Shown here piece by piece: positions 24,301 through 35,755 of a stretch of DNA of 64,000 bases. The position numbers and the translations under genes are program-made. Origin of the DNA: Mytilus californianus (lineage: Eukaryota); the NCBI RefSeq assembly GCF_021869535.1, contig NW_026262690.1:80104001-80168000 (forward strand). Reading direction: 5' to 3'. Position 1 is the stretch's first letter. Every line of letters begins with the position of its first letter. The notes beneath the pieces are model-generated. The model had not been told where the DNA came from and did not search any database. It saw only the letters and a program-made list of their open reading frames with translations.

Positions 24301-27300
24301 TCCTGTTTTAAGTTACTTTCCTTTTAATAATGAAAATTTTTAAAAGAATATAAATAAAATATAAATTGAACAAATAATCATAAAAGGATGGTTATTAAAT
24401 GATTTTAAATGTCTTAGGACAAATAAAAAAATAATAATTTGAAAATTATTTGAGGATTCTATACTTCCTTTTAAGGCTTAAATTGAAATTTATATAATAA
24501 CTATGACCCTAACTTTACAGATAGAATGAATTTCTGAGTTTGCAAACAAAAACTATTTGCAAGAGATAAAAAAATAAAATAAAAACTATTTGCAGACAGC
24601 TAAACAAATGTTCTGGTTGCAATGATTGTTTTATAGAATATGAAGTATAAAATTTAAAGAACATACTGGAAAAAAAACAATGTTAGATTGAACATGTAGA
24701 ATATAAAGATGGAGAAACTTTATAAGTACAAGGGTACTATAAACATAATAAATTGGTTGGAAAGTTGAAGAAAACACACTTTAAAAGACCATTTTTACAG
24801 CACACGGTTACATTTACAACAAAATTAATGTCGATTAAAAACCTCCTGATCTGAGTCCTAATCTCCTGACCAAAATTTCCCAATCTCCTGATCTGAGTTT
24901 CACAGTCCATCACATGTATGAATAGGTAAATTGAAAATTTTTAAGTTCTTAGACCACGTTCATTCTGTGTCAGAAACCTATGCGGTGTCAAATATTTAAT
25001 TACAATCACAATTCAGTGCTGTATCAAGCTTGAATGTTGTGTCCATACTTGCACCAACTGTTCAGGGTTCGACCTCTGCGATCGTATCAAGCTGCGCCCC
25101 AGCGGAGCATTTTATTAAAGGATGTCCCAACTTAAAATTTTCCATCTGCTGCTTATATTTTTAATATATTCCATAAATTTGAGAGACTGAATCCAAGCCT
25201 AAAGTTTAAGGAGATGTGGTATGCTTGTCAAGGAGAAAACTATCCAACATCCAATGGACAATGGTTGTAAACAACTAAAGTAGAAGGCTTTCATGTACAT
25301 GTACCTTGTTCTTAATGTAGGCCAACAGTAGTTGAAGATTTATCAATGAATTAATAGACATCATATGTATATTTCATCAGGAGACCCAGACATAAAATCA
25401 AAATCAACACTATCTTGTTTGAGCTTATGTAAATTAAAGCACTCAATACAGTTTGCAACTTAAAAAAACATATCAATGTACATCAAGCCAGACAGGGGCT
25501 TTAAAGTTACATAAACATAACCTTTGAAGGAGGCTGTGTTGATTTTGAAACTCTTGATTGTGTGAGTTGCTCTTATATAAAGACACACTTTCTGATTTTT
25601 CTCTTTATCTGAATAGTGGTGCCAAAATGAGATTAGAGCACAAATATTTCCTTTTGGGAATTTCACTGCCCATGTTTTTTAATGATGATTATTTATCTTG
25701 GGGACACAATTTTAATTTGGCCTCAACTTCAGATATTTTATGAAATTGGTGTTATCTTACTTACACTTATATGGTCAAGAGTTAATGTCATATTTGGAGT
25801 AGACTTTTCTTGTATGCACATCATAATGGTACCATTTCTTTTGTATCACTCAGTGGTGGTGCAAATTTTATTTTGATTAGCATAGTTGCAACCAATCTCA
25901 CAGTAATAAGTGGTGATACTAGAATCAACTTTTGCTGTGTCAAATCTTTGTATCAATACAATTCTGAAAAATAAATATTGTATTCTCTACCCACAGATTG
26001 ATGCTGTGAAAGCTGAGGATGTTGAAATGGAAGTACTTAGAAATTTATGGCTCTTGTCAACAAATGAGGAGGAGAAGGACCAGTTAATGTCACAGCTTTC
26101 AGGCTTAGCTCTGGTAAGTTATAATACTAAACAGAATATCCCTTCATTGTTAAAGCAATATATCAAGTTATAGCTAAAGGTATGCTTTAACAGTTTAAAT
26201 CGAGTCAAATAGGGCCTAAAAAGTAATAAAAAGTAAAATAACAAAAATAACGAACTCCAAGAAAAATTCAAATTGGAAAGTCCCTTATCAAATGGCAAAA
26301 TCAAAAGCTCAAACACATCAAACGAATGGAAAACAACTGTCATAAATTCCTGACTTGGTACAGGCATTTCCTTATGTAGAAAATGGTGGATTTAACCTGG
26401 TTTTATAGCTAGCTAAATCTTTCACTTGTATGACAGTTGCATAAAATATAGTTTTCATCCCTGCAAAAAAAGGTATAAGGTTTCTGTATGTGGATTGAAA
26501 TGCAGGTTTAAGTTTGAATAATGGATATCAATAAAAACTTTTAGTACATCTACTATTAAATAAAGAGGTTGGATTATTTATGAGCCACAACTAATTAAAA
26601 CACTATAAAATAGCCTAAATTTATGTGATATGACATTAGTTTGTTTCAGTTCAAGTTCTTCAATTTGTATAAAGAAATTTTTTTCTCTCATGGTTTTACT
26701 TATTGTTAAGACTCTTCAAAAATATCGTCCTCAAGAATTATAACTATTTTGAAGTCACAAAGTTAATTTTGATGTTTCATTTTTAGAAAAGATCTAAAAT
26801 AGATAAATTAGTGAAGGAGATTATCAGTAAAACAGTGGATCATGATCACCAGATAGTTACCAGTATCATGGAGGATAATATTGACCTATATAATCATGAT
26901 TGTTACATACAAACTGTGGAGTATTTGAGAGATACATGTCATGACCTTGACCTGCCAAATGTAAGTATTGGAAAATGGTTGTTGCGCATTGAGTGATTTT
27001 ATTAGTCCCCTACCGACGAAGTCGAAGGGGACTTTAGGTTTGCACTCCATCCGTCTGTCTATCTGTCTGTCTGTCTGTCTGTCTGTCCATGTCTGTCTGT
27101 CCATCTGTCCATCTGTCATTCCGGCAAATCAGTTTTCCAGACTTTTTTTCTTCGTGCTTGAAGAAATTGATTTGATATTTGGTTTATTGATTTATCGTGA
27201 CAAGTTACAGGTCAAGTTCAATTTTCACGATTTTAGCTTTTCTCTTTGTTCAGTTAAAGCCCTTTCCCTAGAATTAAATTTTTGATGAAATACTTGTTAA

Positions 27301-29257
27301 TTAGTAGATTTCTGTTCAAAGGGAAATAACACATTTTTATGCCCCCGCCGTAGAGGTAGGTGCATTAAGTTTTACCCTTGTCCGTCTGTACGTACGTACG
27401 TTCCAAAATTGGTTTCCGTTCTCTAACTTGAGTTTGCCTCAACCAAATGTTATGAAACTTATACACAATGCTTATTACCACAAAACACAGATTAAGTTTG
27501 AATTTTGGTGGTGTCACTTTAACCGTTCTAGAGTTATGCCCCTTTATAAATGGAAAAATTGCAAAATTTTTATTTGCTTCTAAATATCAAGTTTTTTTTT
27601 TAAATTGGAGTTATCCTCCTTTGTCCATGATAATAGTTGAATCAACTACAATCAATGCTTTATACAATGCAATGTTTAATTTTGACTTCCACTTATAAAA
27701 CACAGATCAAGTTGAATTTGGATAGTGTCACTTTAACCATTATTGAGTTATGCCCCTTTATAAATCGAAAGATTGCAAAATTTTTAGTTTCCATTCTGTA
27801 ACTTAAGTTTGCCCCAACCAAACATTATGAAACCTATACACAATATTCATTACCACAAAACTAAGATCAAGTACAAATTTTTTGTTTCCGTTTTCTAACT
27901 TTAGTTTGCCTCAACCAAATGTTATGAAACTTATACACAATGCTTATTACTACATAATACAGATAAGTACGAAATTTGGTGGCAACACTTTTACCATTCT
28001 TGAGTTATGTCCCTTTATAAACATAAAAATTGCTGAATTTTTAGTTTCCGTTCTCTAACTTTAGTTTGTCTCAACCAAATGTTATAAAACTTATACACAA
28101 CCGTTCTAGAGTTATGCGTGTTTACAAATAGAAAAATTGCTGAATTTTTAGTTTCTGTTCTCTACTTAAGTTAGCCTCAACCAAATGTTATGAGACTTAC
28201 ACACAATGCTTATTACCACAAAACTCAGATCAAGTTCAAATTAGGGTAGCGTCACTTTTACCGTTCTTCAGTTATGTCCCTTTATAACTATATGATATGC
28301 AAGCGGGGGCATCATCTGTGTCCACATGTGGACACTATCCACATTTATTTAAAAGACTTTTACAAGACAAAATGACATATTGGATTTTTTTCCTTTTCTT
28401 TGGTAAATTGTTTGAAGAATTTAGTGGTAGGTTTGTTTGTCATTCTTGAAGATATTGATTTGATAATTAGTATATAGTTTTATCATGACAAATTACAGAT
28501 CAAGTTGGAATTTTGTTCCAGTCTGATAATTTTGTGCAGAGTTATGGTCTTTGGACATAGAAAATTCACTTAAATAATCAGTTTTCAACAGTTTTTTTAT
28601 CATGCTTGAAGATTTTGACTTGATATTTTTATGCAGTTTACACCATGACAAGTTATAGATCAAGTTAGAATTTCGTTCCATTACAATGAAATTTTAATCG
28701 GTAGGGGACTATGTATTGCCATGCAATACTCACAGAATGCTTGTTGTATTCGAATAACACTCTTACAATTATTTACTTATAACTTAAGTCACATTGTGCC
28801 ATGATTTTTAATCAATGAATACTAATTTTGATATTTAAAAGGACTTTAATATCCCCATAATTAACAGACCATGGTATAAAAATTCTGTTACATTATTAAA
28901 AGCACATGAAAACTTATACACTGTTAAATTCTCATTTTTAGATGCATGTATAAATATGATGTTCTTATTCTTTGAGTTTTTCTAGATGTGGGGTGAATCT
29001 GTTCTGTAGATTGACAGTTAAAGGCTGGACAATTTCACATTATTTGCTAAAGCTGACTTCAACAGTTTTTCACCGGAAACCTAGATATATAAGAGTAATT
29101 TGTATTTATAAATGTATATATTATACAATTTGACCTAATTTTATTTATATTTCAGTTCCAATACTCACTCAGACGACTTTATGCATTTGTAAACCTGTGT
29201 GAACGTAACAAGTATTCATTTGCCACCATTAAATCTGCCATCGACAAAACATGTTAG
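6383..29257 (+). CDS. LGMN: Legumain (asparaginyl endopeptidase, peptidase C13), 435 aa, 13 exons
   Basis: join(6383..6529,9559..9656,15106..15190,17181..17266,17940..18015,18458..18520,20262..20331,20810..20928,22064..22153,22647..22727,25997..26113,26787..26960,29156..29257) = 1308 nt. All introns are GT-AG and in phase. Signal peptide, [25 protein letters not shown], catalytic DHG (exon 5) and ESCESGS (exon 7), SYACYF, C-terminal prodomain with four Cys. Confidence 0.95.
6928..6947. repeat. Poly-C homopolymer (20 nt)
   Basis: Read directly, in legumain intron 1. Confidence 0.9.
8513..8635. repeat. Imperfect ~120-bp palindrome within an interspersed repeat
   Basis: Arms tatggctttt..atatcaca..gtatcaaccc..ccaatataatccc pair with gggattttattgg..gggttgatac..tgtgatat..aaaagccata. 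Confidence 0.7.
9730..9983. mobile_element. MITE with GGCCAA...TTGGCC ends
   Basis: Imperfect TIR ggccaaccttaaaaaattctttgtttga / tcaaacaatcataattttatttttggcc, apparent 3-bp TSD cca, internal (ggta)n. Confidence 0.5.
10636..12872 (+). mobile_element. HINE/DINE-1-like element, family A copy 1, with a 161-bp tandem array and a nested MITE
   Basis: 5' ttttatacgaccgca is inverted to 3' tgcggtcgtatc. (gtc)n microsatellite, repeat units spaced 161-162 bp (10932, 11093, 11254, 11416), 3' hairpin gctgcgcccc..gcggagc, T-rich flanks. Sister copies at 22844-25115 and 37161-39270. Confidence 0.85.
11776..12677. mobile_element. Nested 902-bp MITE, 11-bp TIR, 6-bp TSD
   Basis: Termini catacatgtga...tcacatgtatg. 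TSD aatagg at 11770-11775 and 12678-12683. The empty site is visible in HINE copy 3 at 39073-39078. Confidence 0.85.
12965..14846 (-). mobile_element. Decayed Ginger2/TDD-type DNA transposon
   Basis: TGT...ACA termini, 47-bp TIR with one mismatch (tgttagcggcaataagtgaaattaggcat...), 4-bp TSD tata, internal integrase remnant. Confidence 0.8.
13415..13860 (-). pseudogene. Integrase-core (rve-like; KRBA2/SCAND3-type) transposase remnant
   Basis: Frameshifted translation: [25 protein letters not shown] / [32 protein letters not shown] / [24 protein letters not shown]. These match the Ginger2 motifs QVDLID, VYQDHLTK, QSDNGREF and HSQSQGSVER. Confidence 0.85.
15201..15250 (+). repeat. Degenerate tandem copy of the 3' half of legumain exon 3 with a dead donor site
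   Basis: gatcagatgtttactgatgagttccaaaagactagaaacaagattaaaga resembles the exon sequence gacctgatgtttaccaaggagttccaaaagactatacaggattaaaggt. The copy continues at 15641-15650 after a MITE. Confidence 0.8.
15251..15631. mobile_element. 381-bp MITE with 9-bp TSD (MULE-like)
   Basis: TIR tagcccgggatcctggc / gctaggatcccaggcta. TSD gattaaaga at 15242-15250 and 15632-15640. Confidence 0.8.
15645..16079 (+). mobile_element. HINE-like element with two 161-bp repeats
   Basis: Starts ttattgtccccc..ggggacat, has a (ccgt/ctgt)n tract, ggtggac units at 15831 and 15992, and ends gggagacattggaactctgttc. Confidence 0.65.
16931..17155. mobile_element. Small MITE with GAG...CTC ends (possibly Sola-like) and internal aagaatagagaa repeats
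   Basis: Termini gagggtc / gaccctc, flanks aaat and atat (imperfect 4-bp TSD). Ends 25 bp upstream of the legumain exon 4 start. Confidence 0.5.
18710..20195. mobile_element. Two head-to-tail copies of a ~520-bp hairpin-bearing element
   Basis: Units 18710-19241 and 19233-20195 (the second is interrupted by a HINE). Each carries a ~140-bp palindrome. The short direct repeat aaga(c/t)aata marks start, junction and end. Confidence 0.75.
19525..19978 (+). mobile_element. HINE-like element, family B
   Basis: Starts ttttatgcccccaccgtagcggagggggcat, has a (acgt/ccgt)n tract and ~161-bp units, and ends ggcatcatctgtgtcccatggacaca. Copies at 27334-28349 and 55293-55909 (-). Confidence 0.8.
20951..21616 (+). 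mobile_element. HINE-like element, family C, ~160-bp array
   Basis: Starts ttgttatggcccaac..ggggccatat, has (tcattctg)n, cagttat units at 21044, 21204, 21362 and 21524, and ends gcggggctatttctgtcgttctgacaca. Confidence 0.7.
22844..25115 (+). mobile_element. HINE family A copy 2, near-identical to 10636-12872 including the nested MITE
   Basis: Same termini, (gtc)n, 161-bp units and nested insert. The ORF-track peptides at 22979 and 23167 are almost identical to those at 10778 and 10966. Confidence 0.85.
23984..24920. mobile_element. Nested MITE, second copy (TSD aatagg)
   Basis: Termini catacttgtga...tcacatgtatg. TSD at 23978-23983 and 24921-24926. Carries an extra ~40 bp between ctcctgatctgagt direct repeats compared with copy 1. 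Confidence 0.85.
26215..26450 (-). repeat. Probable SINE-like interspersed repeat
   Basis: Recognised from memory as a common mussel repeat (cctgacttggtacaggcattt..gtagaaaatggtggatt). Only one copy is present in this window. Confidence 0.35.
26997..28746 (+). mobile_element. HINE-like element, family D, hosting a family B insertion
   Basis: 5' ttttattagtcccctaccga is inverted to 3' tcggtaggggactat. (ctgt)n microsatellite, 3' hairpin gtattgccatgcaatac. Confidence 0.75.
27334..28349 (+). mobile_element. HINE family B copy nested in the family D element
   Basis: Starts ttttatgcccccgccgtag, has (acgt)n and a degenerate ~160-bp array, and ends gcgggggcatcatctgtgtcc. Confidence 0.8.
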
Positions 29258-31004
29258 TGGACCAAAAATACAGTAGAAGAAGATGGACAAAATGTTGAAT
29301 ACCAGTGCTATTAACTTAGTTTGAAACATTCAATATATCAGTTTTTGGGGAGGAGTTATGTTTTGATTTAGTATTAATATGTATGTCGGTTCTTACTTAC
29401 AGAAGGTTGTATGTTTATTTACAAAAATGTATATATATATATATATATTTTAAAAGATTCTTTTTATACATTTATCAAAATTTTTCCTGATAAGGCAACT
29501 TTACTTTAAAACTGGGTGCAATAATATTTTCTTCTTTTTTGTGTTTTTGTAGTACAAAGTCAAAATATATTTTCTATTCTCAAAGTAAACGATATATATA
29601 AACAGCAGTGTAATGAATAGAATATATATTTAATCTGTATGGTATATTAAAATTACAAAATAAGTACAAAATTGGCACGGGAAGAAAAATTCAGACCTGC
29701 CAACTTTCATTATTTATGGGGGATTTCCTCCGTGAGAGGTGTTGACCTATATTTTGGAATTCTTTATTGTATATATGGTCACATCATGTTTTCATACGTC
29801 ATATGAATTCGTACATGCATGCTTTTTCAATGGAAATTGTGATGTCACAATGCATTCTTAATAGCATGAAAACCCATGAGACGAGGATACTGATCACCTC
29901 AAAACAGGCATTCAAATGAGTCAATATGGTATTTCAGCACCTAGATACTCATTCAGACAATATAGAAGAAGATTAGAAACTTTTATGACAATATAAGAGG
30001 GGCATTAGGTCCTCTTGTGCTTAAAATCCCCCATGGAGATATTGAATAGTTGGTAGGTATTAAAATTGTACATTTAAGATTAAAACTTGTGAGAAAGAAT
30101 ATAAAACATTTCTGCGAATCATTAGAATTTATAAAAATCAAACTTATATCAGCAAGATAGATAATGGACATACATATTGTATTGCATACTTAAAAAAAAA
30201 CACTTTATACTTAACATTTATATTCCTGCTTTCAACATGGTTTCTTGACTTTTTATGGCTAAATGTGAGCAAATTATATACACATTGTAAATATCATGTA
30301 AATGTTTGTGTTGCCAAAGATTAAGCATAATAATTGGTTAAGAGTGTTATGGAATATTTTTGGATCTGATAACAAAATTGTAGGATTTATGCATGTAATA
30401 TTAAAGAAGTAATTCTACATGTATTCAATGTTACAGTAATATTTTTAAAATGTGTTGTTAATGAAGTAACTTCACATTGGCAGTTAAATAGAAAGTTTTT
30501 GTTATATTGCAGTAGGAATTTAACATGGACTGTTTCAGCAATATTTATTTGTAATGTTACAGAAGAGATTGTACATGTACTGTTCAATAAGAATCTATGT
30601 GTACTGTTACAAAATGTTACTTAAACTGTTTCAGTAGGATTATATATAATGTAACCGGTATTGTTCATGTTCTGTTATTTATAATTAGAATCTATGTGTA
30701 ATTTTGCAGAGTTTAATTGTATTAAATGGAATTAAACATGCTCTTTTACATTGAAGTATAAGAATGGTACAGAAAATTACATTTACTGTGATGGTAGGAC
30801 TTTCATATGTAGTGTTTCAGAAAGATGTACATTTGTTTATATAAAACATGTTACCGGGTAATATAAAAGATTCCTGCCTTTGTCTGTGATCAGTTTTTCA
30901 ATCCATAATATCATTAAAGTGTTGGATATTGTATTTGATATTTTCTTCAATTACTTAATCTTTTTATATTAATATTTAATAGCAAACAACAATCAATCCA
31001 AACA

Positions 31005-31240
31005 CAGGGGCCTCGATGGCCGAGCGGTCTAACTAACCTGTCAACACAGGATGTGAGTTTGTTTCCGGCATGTGGCAGGTGCATTCGACTCCAACCTTTA
31101 TTTAACTAGGATTGTCAGTATTGACATACCAAAGTTCGGTGGTTCTCTCTGGGCACTTAGGCTGCCTCCACCAATAAAAACTGACTGCCACGAATTAGCA
31201 CTATAGTGCTGAAAGTGGCATTAACAACATTCAATAAATT
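31005..31240 (+). mobile_element. V-domain tRNA-SINE
   Basis: Homologous to 4772-5021. 14-bp direct repeat aatcaatccaaaca at 30991-31004 and 31241-31254. Confidence 0.85.
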
Positions 31241-32718
31241 AATCAATCCAAACAGGAAATTTCTAGGTACATTTCCTTAACTATCTCAATGATTCATTGT
31301 GTGAAACATAAAACACAAAAAGAATCACATGATTTACAAAAAAATATTGGATAGCACAACAGACCACACCAACACCAAAAAATAGATAAGCAACATATGG
31401 TCCAGATATCCTGGCTTGGTATAGGCACATTAGTCACAGAATTAGGTTATGTTACTTTGATATCTGTATAAGATGACATTTTGTAACTGTCACACAATAG
31501 ACAACTTTTGAGTTCATTGCATTTCCTTCAAAAATTTGGGTTTTAGTGAACATCAGTCGTGCGTTTAGGGGCATTGTCACTTCCTTCCAATGTTGAGTGA
31601 GTGGTTGAAAAAATATGATGCTATATTACACGAATTATTCAGCAAATTGAATTCTTATAATTGATAAGCAGCACTGCTGTCATTAGGGAATTGTGATTAA
31701 GTACCTACGGAACAAACATTATTTCTAGTTTATCCTGCATAATGACGATCATGAAGAAGCTTGGTGAACTTTAATAGTGCAAGGATACAGGCAATCCCTT
31801 CTATCTGGTAAATGACGTCATAAAGGCGAGCATAATTGACGAACTTTTTTGGTGAAGGACATAACTCGAAAGTGGTCATTTACTTTGGACATGTTCCAGT
31901 AGTCATGGCCATAATCATGTCCTCCGGGGATCCTTTCCTCATTCATTTTCTGAAATCAGCCTGAATACTGAATACTACTTTTCAACAATTGTGTACTTGT
32001 TGTGTGCTACATGCTCTTCATACCTTTAGTTCGTATAACATTTTCTTCCTTTTTTCATTCTGTATTAGTTCTGGGAACAGTATATCTAACCGTCAATATA
32101 TATGTTCCTGATTAGTTATAGTTTTGTGTGCCTTTCTTTGACTAGTGATAATTGATTGTCATCACATCTTCTTACTATTTGTCTTTACTATTTGTCTTTT
32201 GGTTGTTTTTAAAGGCAGTGCTTTAATGCCTTTCTAGTTGCCGGGTTAATCCTTCCTTCCGCGATATCCAACTTATCTACGTGGGGGGTCACTAGACTCC
32301 AAGTAGATCCGGAAATGTTGAATTCTCTCCTCTTCTTATTGCGATATAAAATGTTTTTTGTTTCATTTCATTTACATTGGGAAATAGAGAAACGATCATT
32401 GTGTTTTGTTAGTTTTAAAAACTTTTGATATATTTGTATTTTGCATTATGAGCAGTCAACCGATTGACAAACTAGAATTATTTGAATTCCGTGTGGAAAG
32501 AGCTCGGGTTAATTTCGAGTGTTATCTGCAATCTAGATGTTTATAAATCATTTCAGTCGTTGATATAATAATTAAAGGTCGACTGAACATGAATTATATT
32601 ATACAATTTAAAGCGCATTTCTGTTTATGCACGTGAACCCGTCTAACGTTATTTTCGCAGTTATATAAAGTAGCAAATTATCGTTCCTGAATAGGTGGCG
32701 CCGTGGTAGCGGATCCTG

Positions 32719-33935
32719 GAATGCACGTCGTTTCGTAACCTGGTCGTTTCGTACCTGGTCGATTCGTAACTACGTTGTTTTGTAACTGAGACGTTTCGTA
32801 CCTTTTGTAATTATATATGGTTATAAAGTGTTAGTTTAAATTAATTAGTTTAAATGAAAAAGTTAAAGTTATTATTTAAAAATGATCCAATTGTTCATCT
32901 AATAATAACAATATTGTAATATTTTTAATATAAAATTTTCTGAAATCTTTTTAATTATTGGCTAATTGGTTAATTTGTAATTACGCTCGGTGACAGCTTT
33001 AATGGTTTTATGACAACTAATGACAGGTAATAAAAAGTAATTACAGTAGGTGTAAAGTGATTAAGTAGATTAATGGCACACGACCTATGGCACACGACCG
33101 GCGTTGGCGGAGTTAAGAGTTAGTGGGCCGGAGCAGCAACAGCAGTTGGTTCCGTAAACAAAAGCACACCTCCTTAATAATGTACTACTGGACATCTGGT
33201 TTTGAGTGTATTTATCCCAGAATGAGAAAATTTCTGATATATGTTTAATAACTACACAAAAAAGCAATCAGTAGTGAAATATTTTGAATAAATTTAATTT
33301 GAATTAAATTGATAAATTATTAGGCGTGGTTAAATTAAGTAAATGTAAGTGACAAGTGTTCACTTAATGGTATAATAGCAGTTTTTTTTACTCCTTTTTC
33401 ATTCATCTATAAACGCCAAATATGTCACTAACAGTAAATAAGCCCAAAGTCCTTGTGATCGGTCACAGTTTCATCCGAAGACTGGAAAATTGGATGTTAA
33501 GAACGCAATCCGACTTATCAAGTTCTGTGAAAGAAACAACTTATGATAGAAAAAAAAAGAAGATAAAGAAAGAACTAATTAGCAACATAAAGATGAGTGG
33601 TGTCAAGTATTGGAGACATAAAAGCACGTGGCAGAAGACTAAATACTTTGATAAAGACGGGGTACATCTAAATGATGATGGACAATTCAAATTCTTCTGT
33701 TTTATTCGCATGTGTGCAAAACTGTACTTGTAAAGTGTAAATTTATGTGCAATCAATTATTTAATAAATAAATATAGATATATATATACACATACATCAC
33801 TAAGTCTTTTTATTACTTTTTACGTAACCTACTAATCTTATTGTTATTATATATTGATAAAAGGTTACAAAACGTCTCAGGTACGAAACGACCTAGTTAA
33901 GTTACGAATCGACTAGTTACGAAACGACCCTCACC
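32719..33935. mobile_element. MULE-like element (9-bp TSD) with subterminal repeat arrays and internal cargo
   Basis: TSD cggatcctg at 32710-32718 and 33936-33944. Inverted arrays of gtcgtttcgtaac / gttacgaaacgac at both ends. Confidence 0.8.
33422..33733 (+). pseudogene. Internally deleted SGNH/GDSL-hydrolase-like ORF
   Basis: N-terminal KVLVIGHSFIRRL (block I-like) and C-terminal FDKDGVHLNDDG (block V-like) are only ~75 aa apart, so the middle is missing. Confidence 0.6.
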
Positions 33936-34002
33936 CGGATCCTGTTCCTCTTCTTCCGGTTTCTGCACTGTGCAACTATTTCATTTATATTTTTAATTAA
34001 CG

Positions 34003-35755
34003 ATGCCAAGTACTTGTTGTTGTGTACCTGGATGTCATTTAAGAGGAGGACATGCATTTCCAAATGACTTAAACAGAAGGAAAAGTTGGATCAACGCCAT
34101 GGCCCATACGCAGATTGGACGAGAACACGATGATATCGTGGAGTCCATCTCAATCAGCTGTTGTTTGCAAGGCACGTTTTACTGAAAAAGACTACGTGCA
34201 GGAAACTATTCATGGTAAAACTCTATTTTCTTTGTGAAATATATAGTTATATATGTAATCGCCATGCGAATAAACCAAAGTCTGTTTACAACCGCAATTA
34301 TCGTTTTAGAATAAAAGGGGGTGGGTAATTCAAGACGTCATAATTTTTTGGATTACGATTCAATGTGATCTGTTTGAGATTTTTTGGTGATTGCTACAAT
34401 TATAATGATTTCTTACAAGAGGAATATCATACTGAGAATTATTTTAGCAGTAATTATGCTAATGTAGTAATGACAGGAATGCATAAGCTATGCCTCATAG
34501 ACTTTCTTGAAAAATATCAATGACAATGTTAACAGGAACAAAACAATGACATGCTCTCATCTATATTATAGTTATTTAGGTACAAACAATGTACGTTTGT
34601 TGCATAAGTCTCTCATTGTTTGTCCTTTGGATTTACATAACATACATTGAATCAGGCAAACATAGTTTTATCCAGATTGTAATGAATAAATCTAGTTAAT
34701 ATTTCGCCAGGTAGTACAAAGTATACATTGCTAATGGAAGTTCATTTAATTATAAAAAAACTAATGTTTTATAACCTTTTTCAGGGCGCAAACCCACCAT
34801 ACAGAGACTTAAGTCTACTGCAATTCCCAGCCTATTTTCCTGGACCAAGCAAGAGACTGAATCGTCCGCAAAAAGAAAAATCAGGGCAGTTTCCTGTGAA
34901 AACAAAAGAACTAAACTTGATGAATATTGTAGTAGAAATCTAGAGGAAAGTTTTGATTGTAAAGTTGGTTTTCCTGAAGAAGTCATTCATACTGCAGAAA
35001 GGATTTATGACTGTCCACCACCAACTGCCGAGCTAATGTTGAGCTTCACAGATGGAATTACGCAAACACCATCAATGCCTATGTTTTCAGCAGAGAATTT
35101 TGAAATGAAGACACGTGACACAGCCATGCATTTTTATACCAGTTTAGAGTTGTATACTAAATTTTTATTTGTTTTGACCACACTTGGTCCAGCAGCACAT
35201 TGTTTGAGATACATATATTTTCAAATTGATAGGGTGTCAGTTGAAAATCAGTTTTTTTATGACTTTGATGAAATTGAGGCATCATACAACCAACTTTGAA
35301 CTGTCTAGATTCTAGATTGAATCTAGTGTTAAGAATATTGTGTATACATGGATTGTTTTTATGTCTAAACAGTGGTGTGAGGCTAACACTTGGCCATCTA
35401 GTGGTTTAGTCAGGTATTTTTCACCATCCAACTTCAAATTAAAGTTTCCTACGACTTGGATTATTATTGACAGCACAGAATATCCCGTGATAAAACCTAA
35501 AGCTCCTAGAGCTCAGGCAACCTTTTCATCAAATAAAAACAGAAACACTGAAAATTCTTGAATGTTCGACACCTGGTGGTTTATAAGTCAACTATGTCTC
35601 TATGTCACATAGAGCGAATTATTGGACTTGGCAAAACATACAAAATTCTAATAAATCCTATGAATGGAACTGAAACAAAACTTTCATCTGAAATAACATT
35701 TAGTTGTTTTATGTTGTGTAATTTTAGAACTTGTATTGTGCCAAAGGATGCATAA
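34003..35755 (+). pseudogene. THAP-domain + Harbinger/ISL2EU-type (DDE_Tnp_4-like) transposase pseudogene
   Basis: THAP: MPSTCCCVPGC..HAFP..W / WSPSQSAVVCKARF / LKSTAIPSLF, split by an in-phase GT-AG intron at 34215-34784. Then KFLFVLTTLGP.. / LMKLR..NFELS..TWI..KFPTTWIIIDSTE..KP..TFSSNKNRNT and terminal HIERIIGLGKTYKIL..LCNF. Frameshifts, stops and a large core deletion are present. Confidence 0.85.

Noticed and set aside
30380-30870. Degenerate ttactgt/aatgttac-rich stretch as a satellite or ncRNA
   Set aside because: No consistent period or fold could be established by eye.
32673-32694. Left TIR of the THAP/Harbinger element (gcaaattatcgttcctgaatag)
   Set aside because: No inverted partner was found downstream of 35755, so the element ends cannot be defined.
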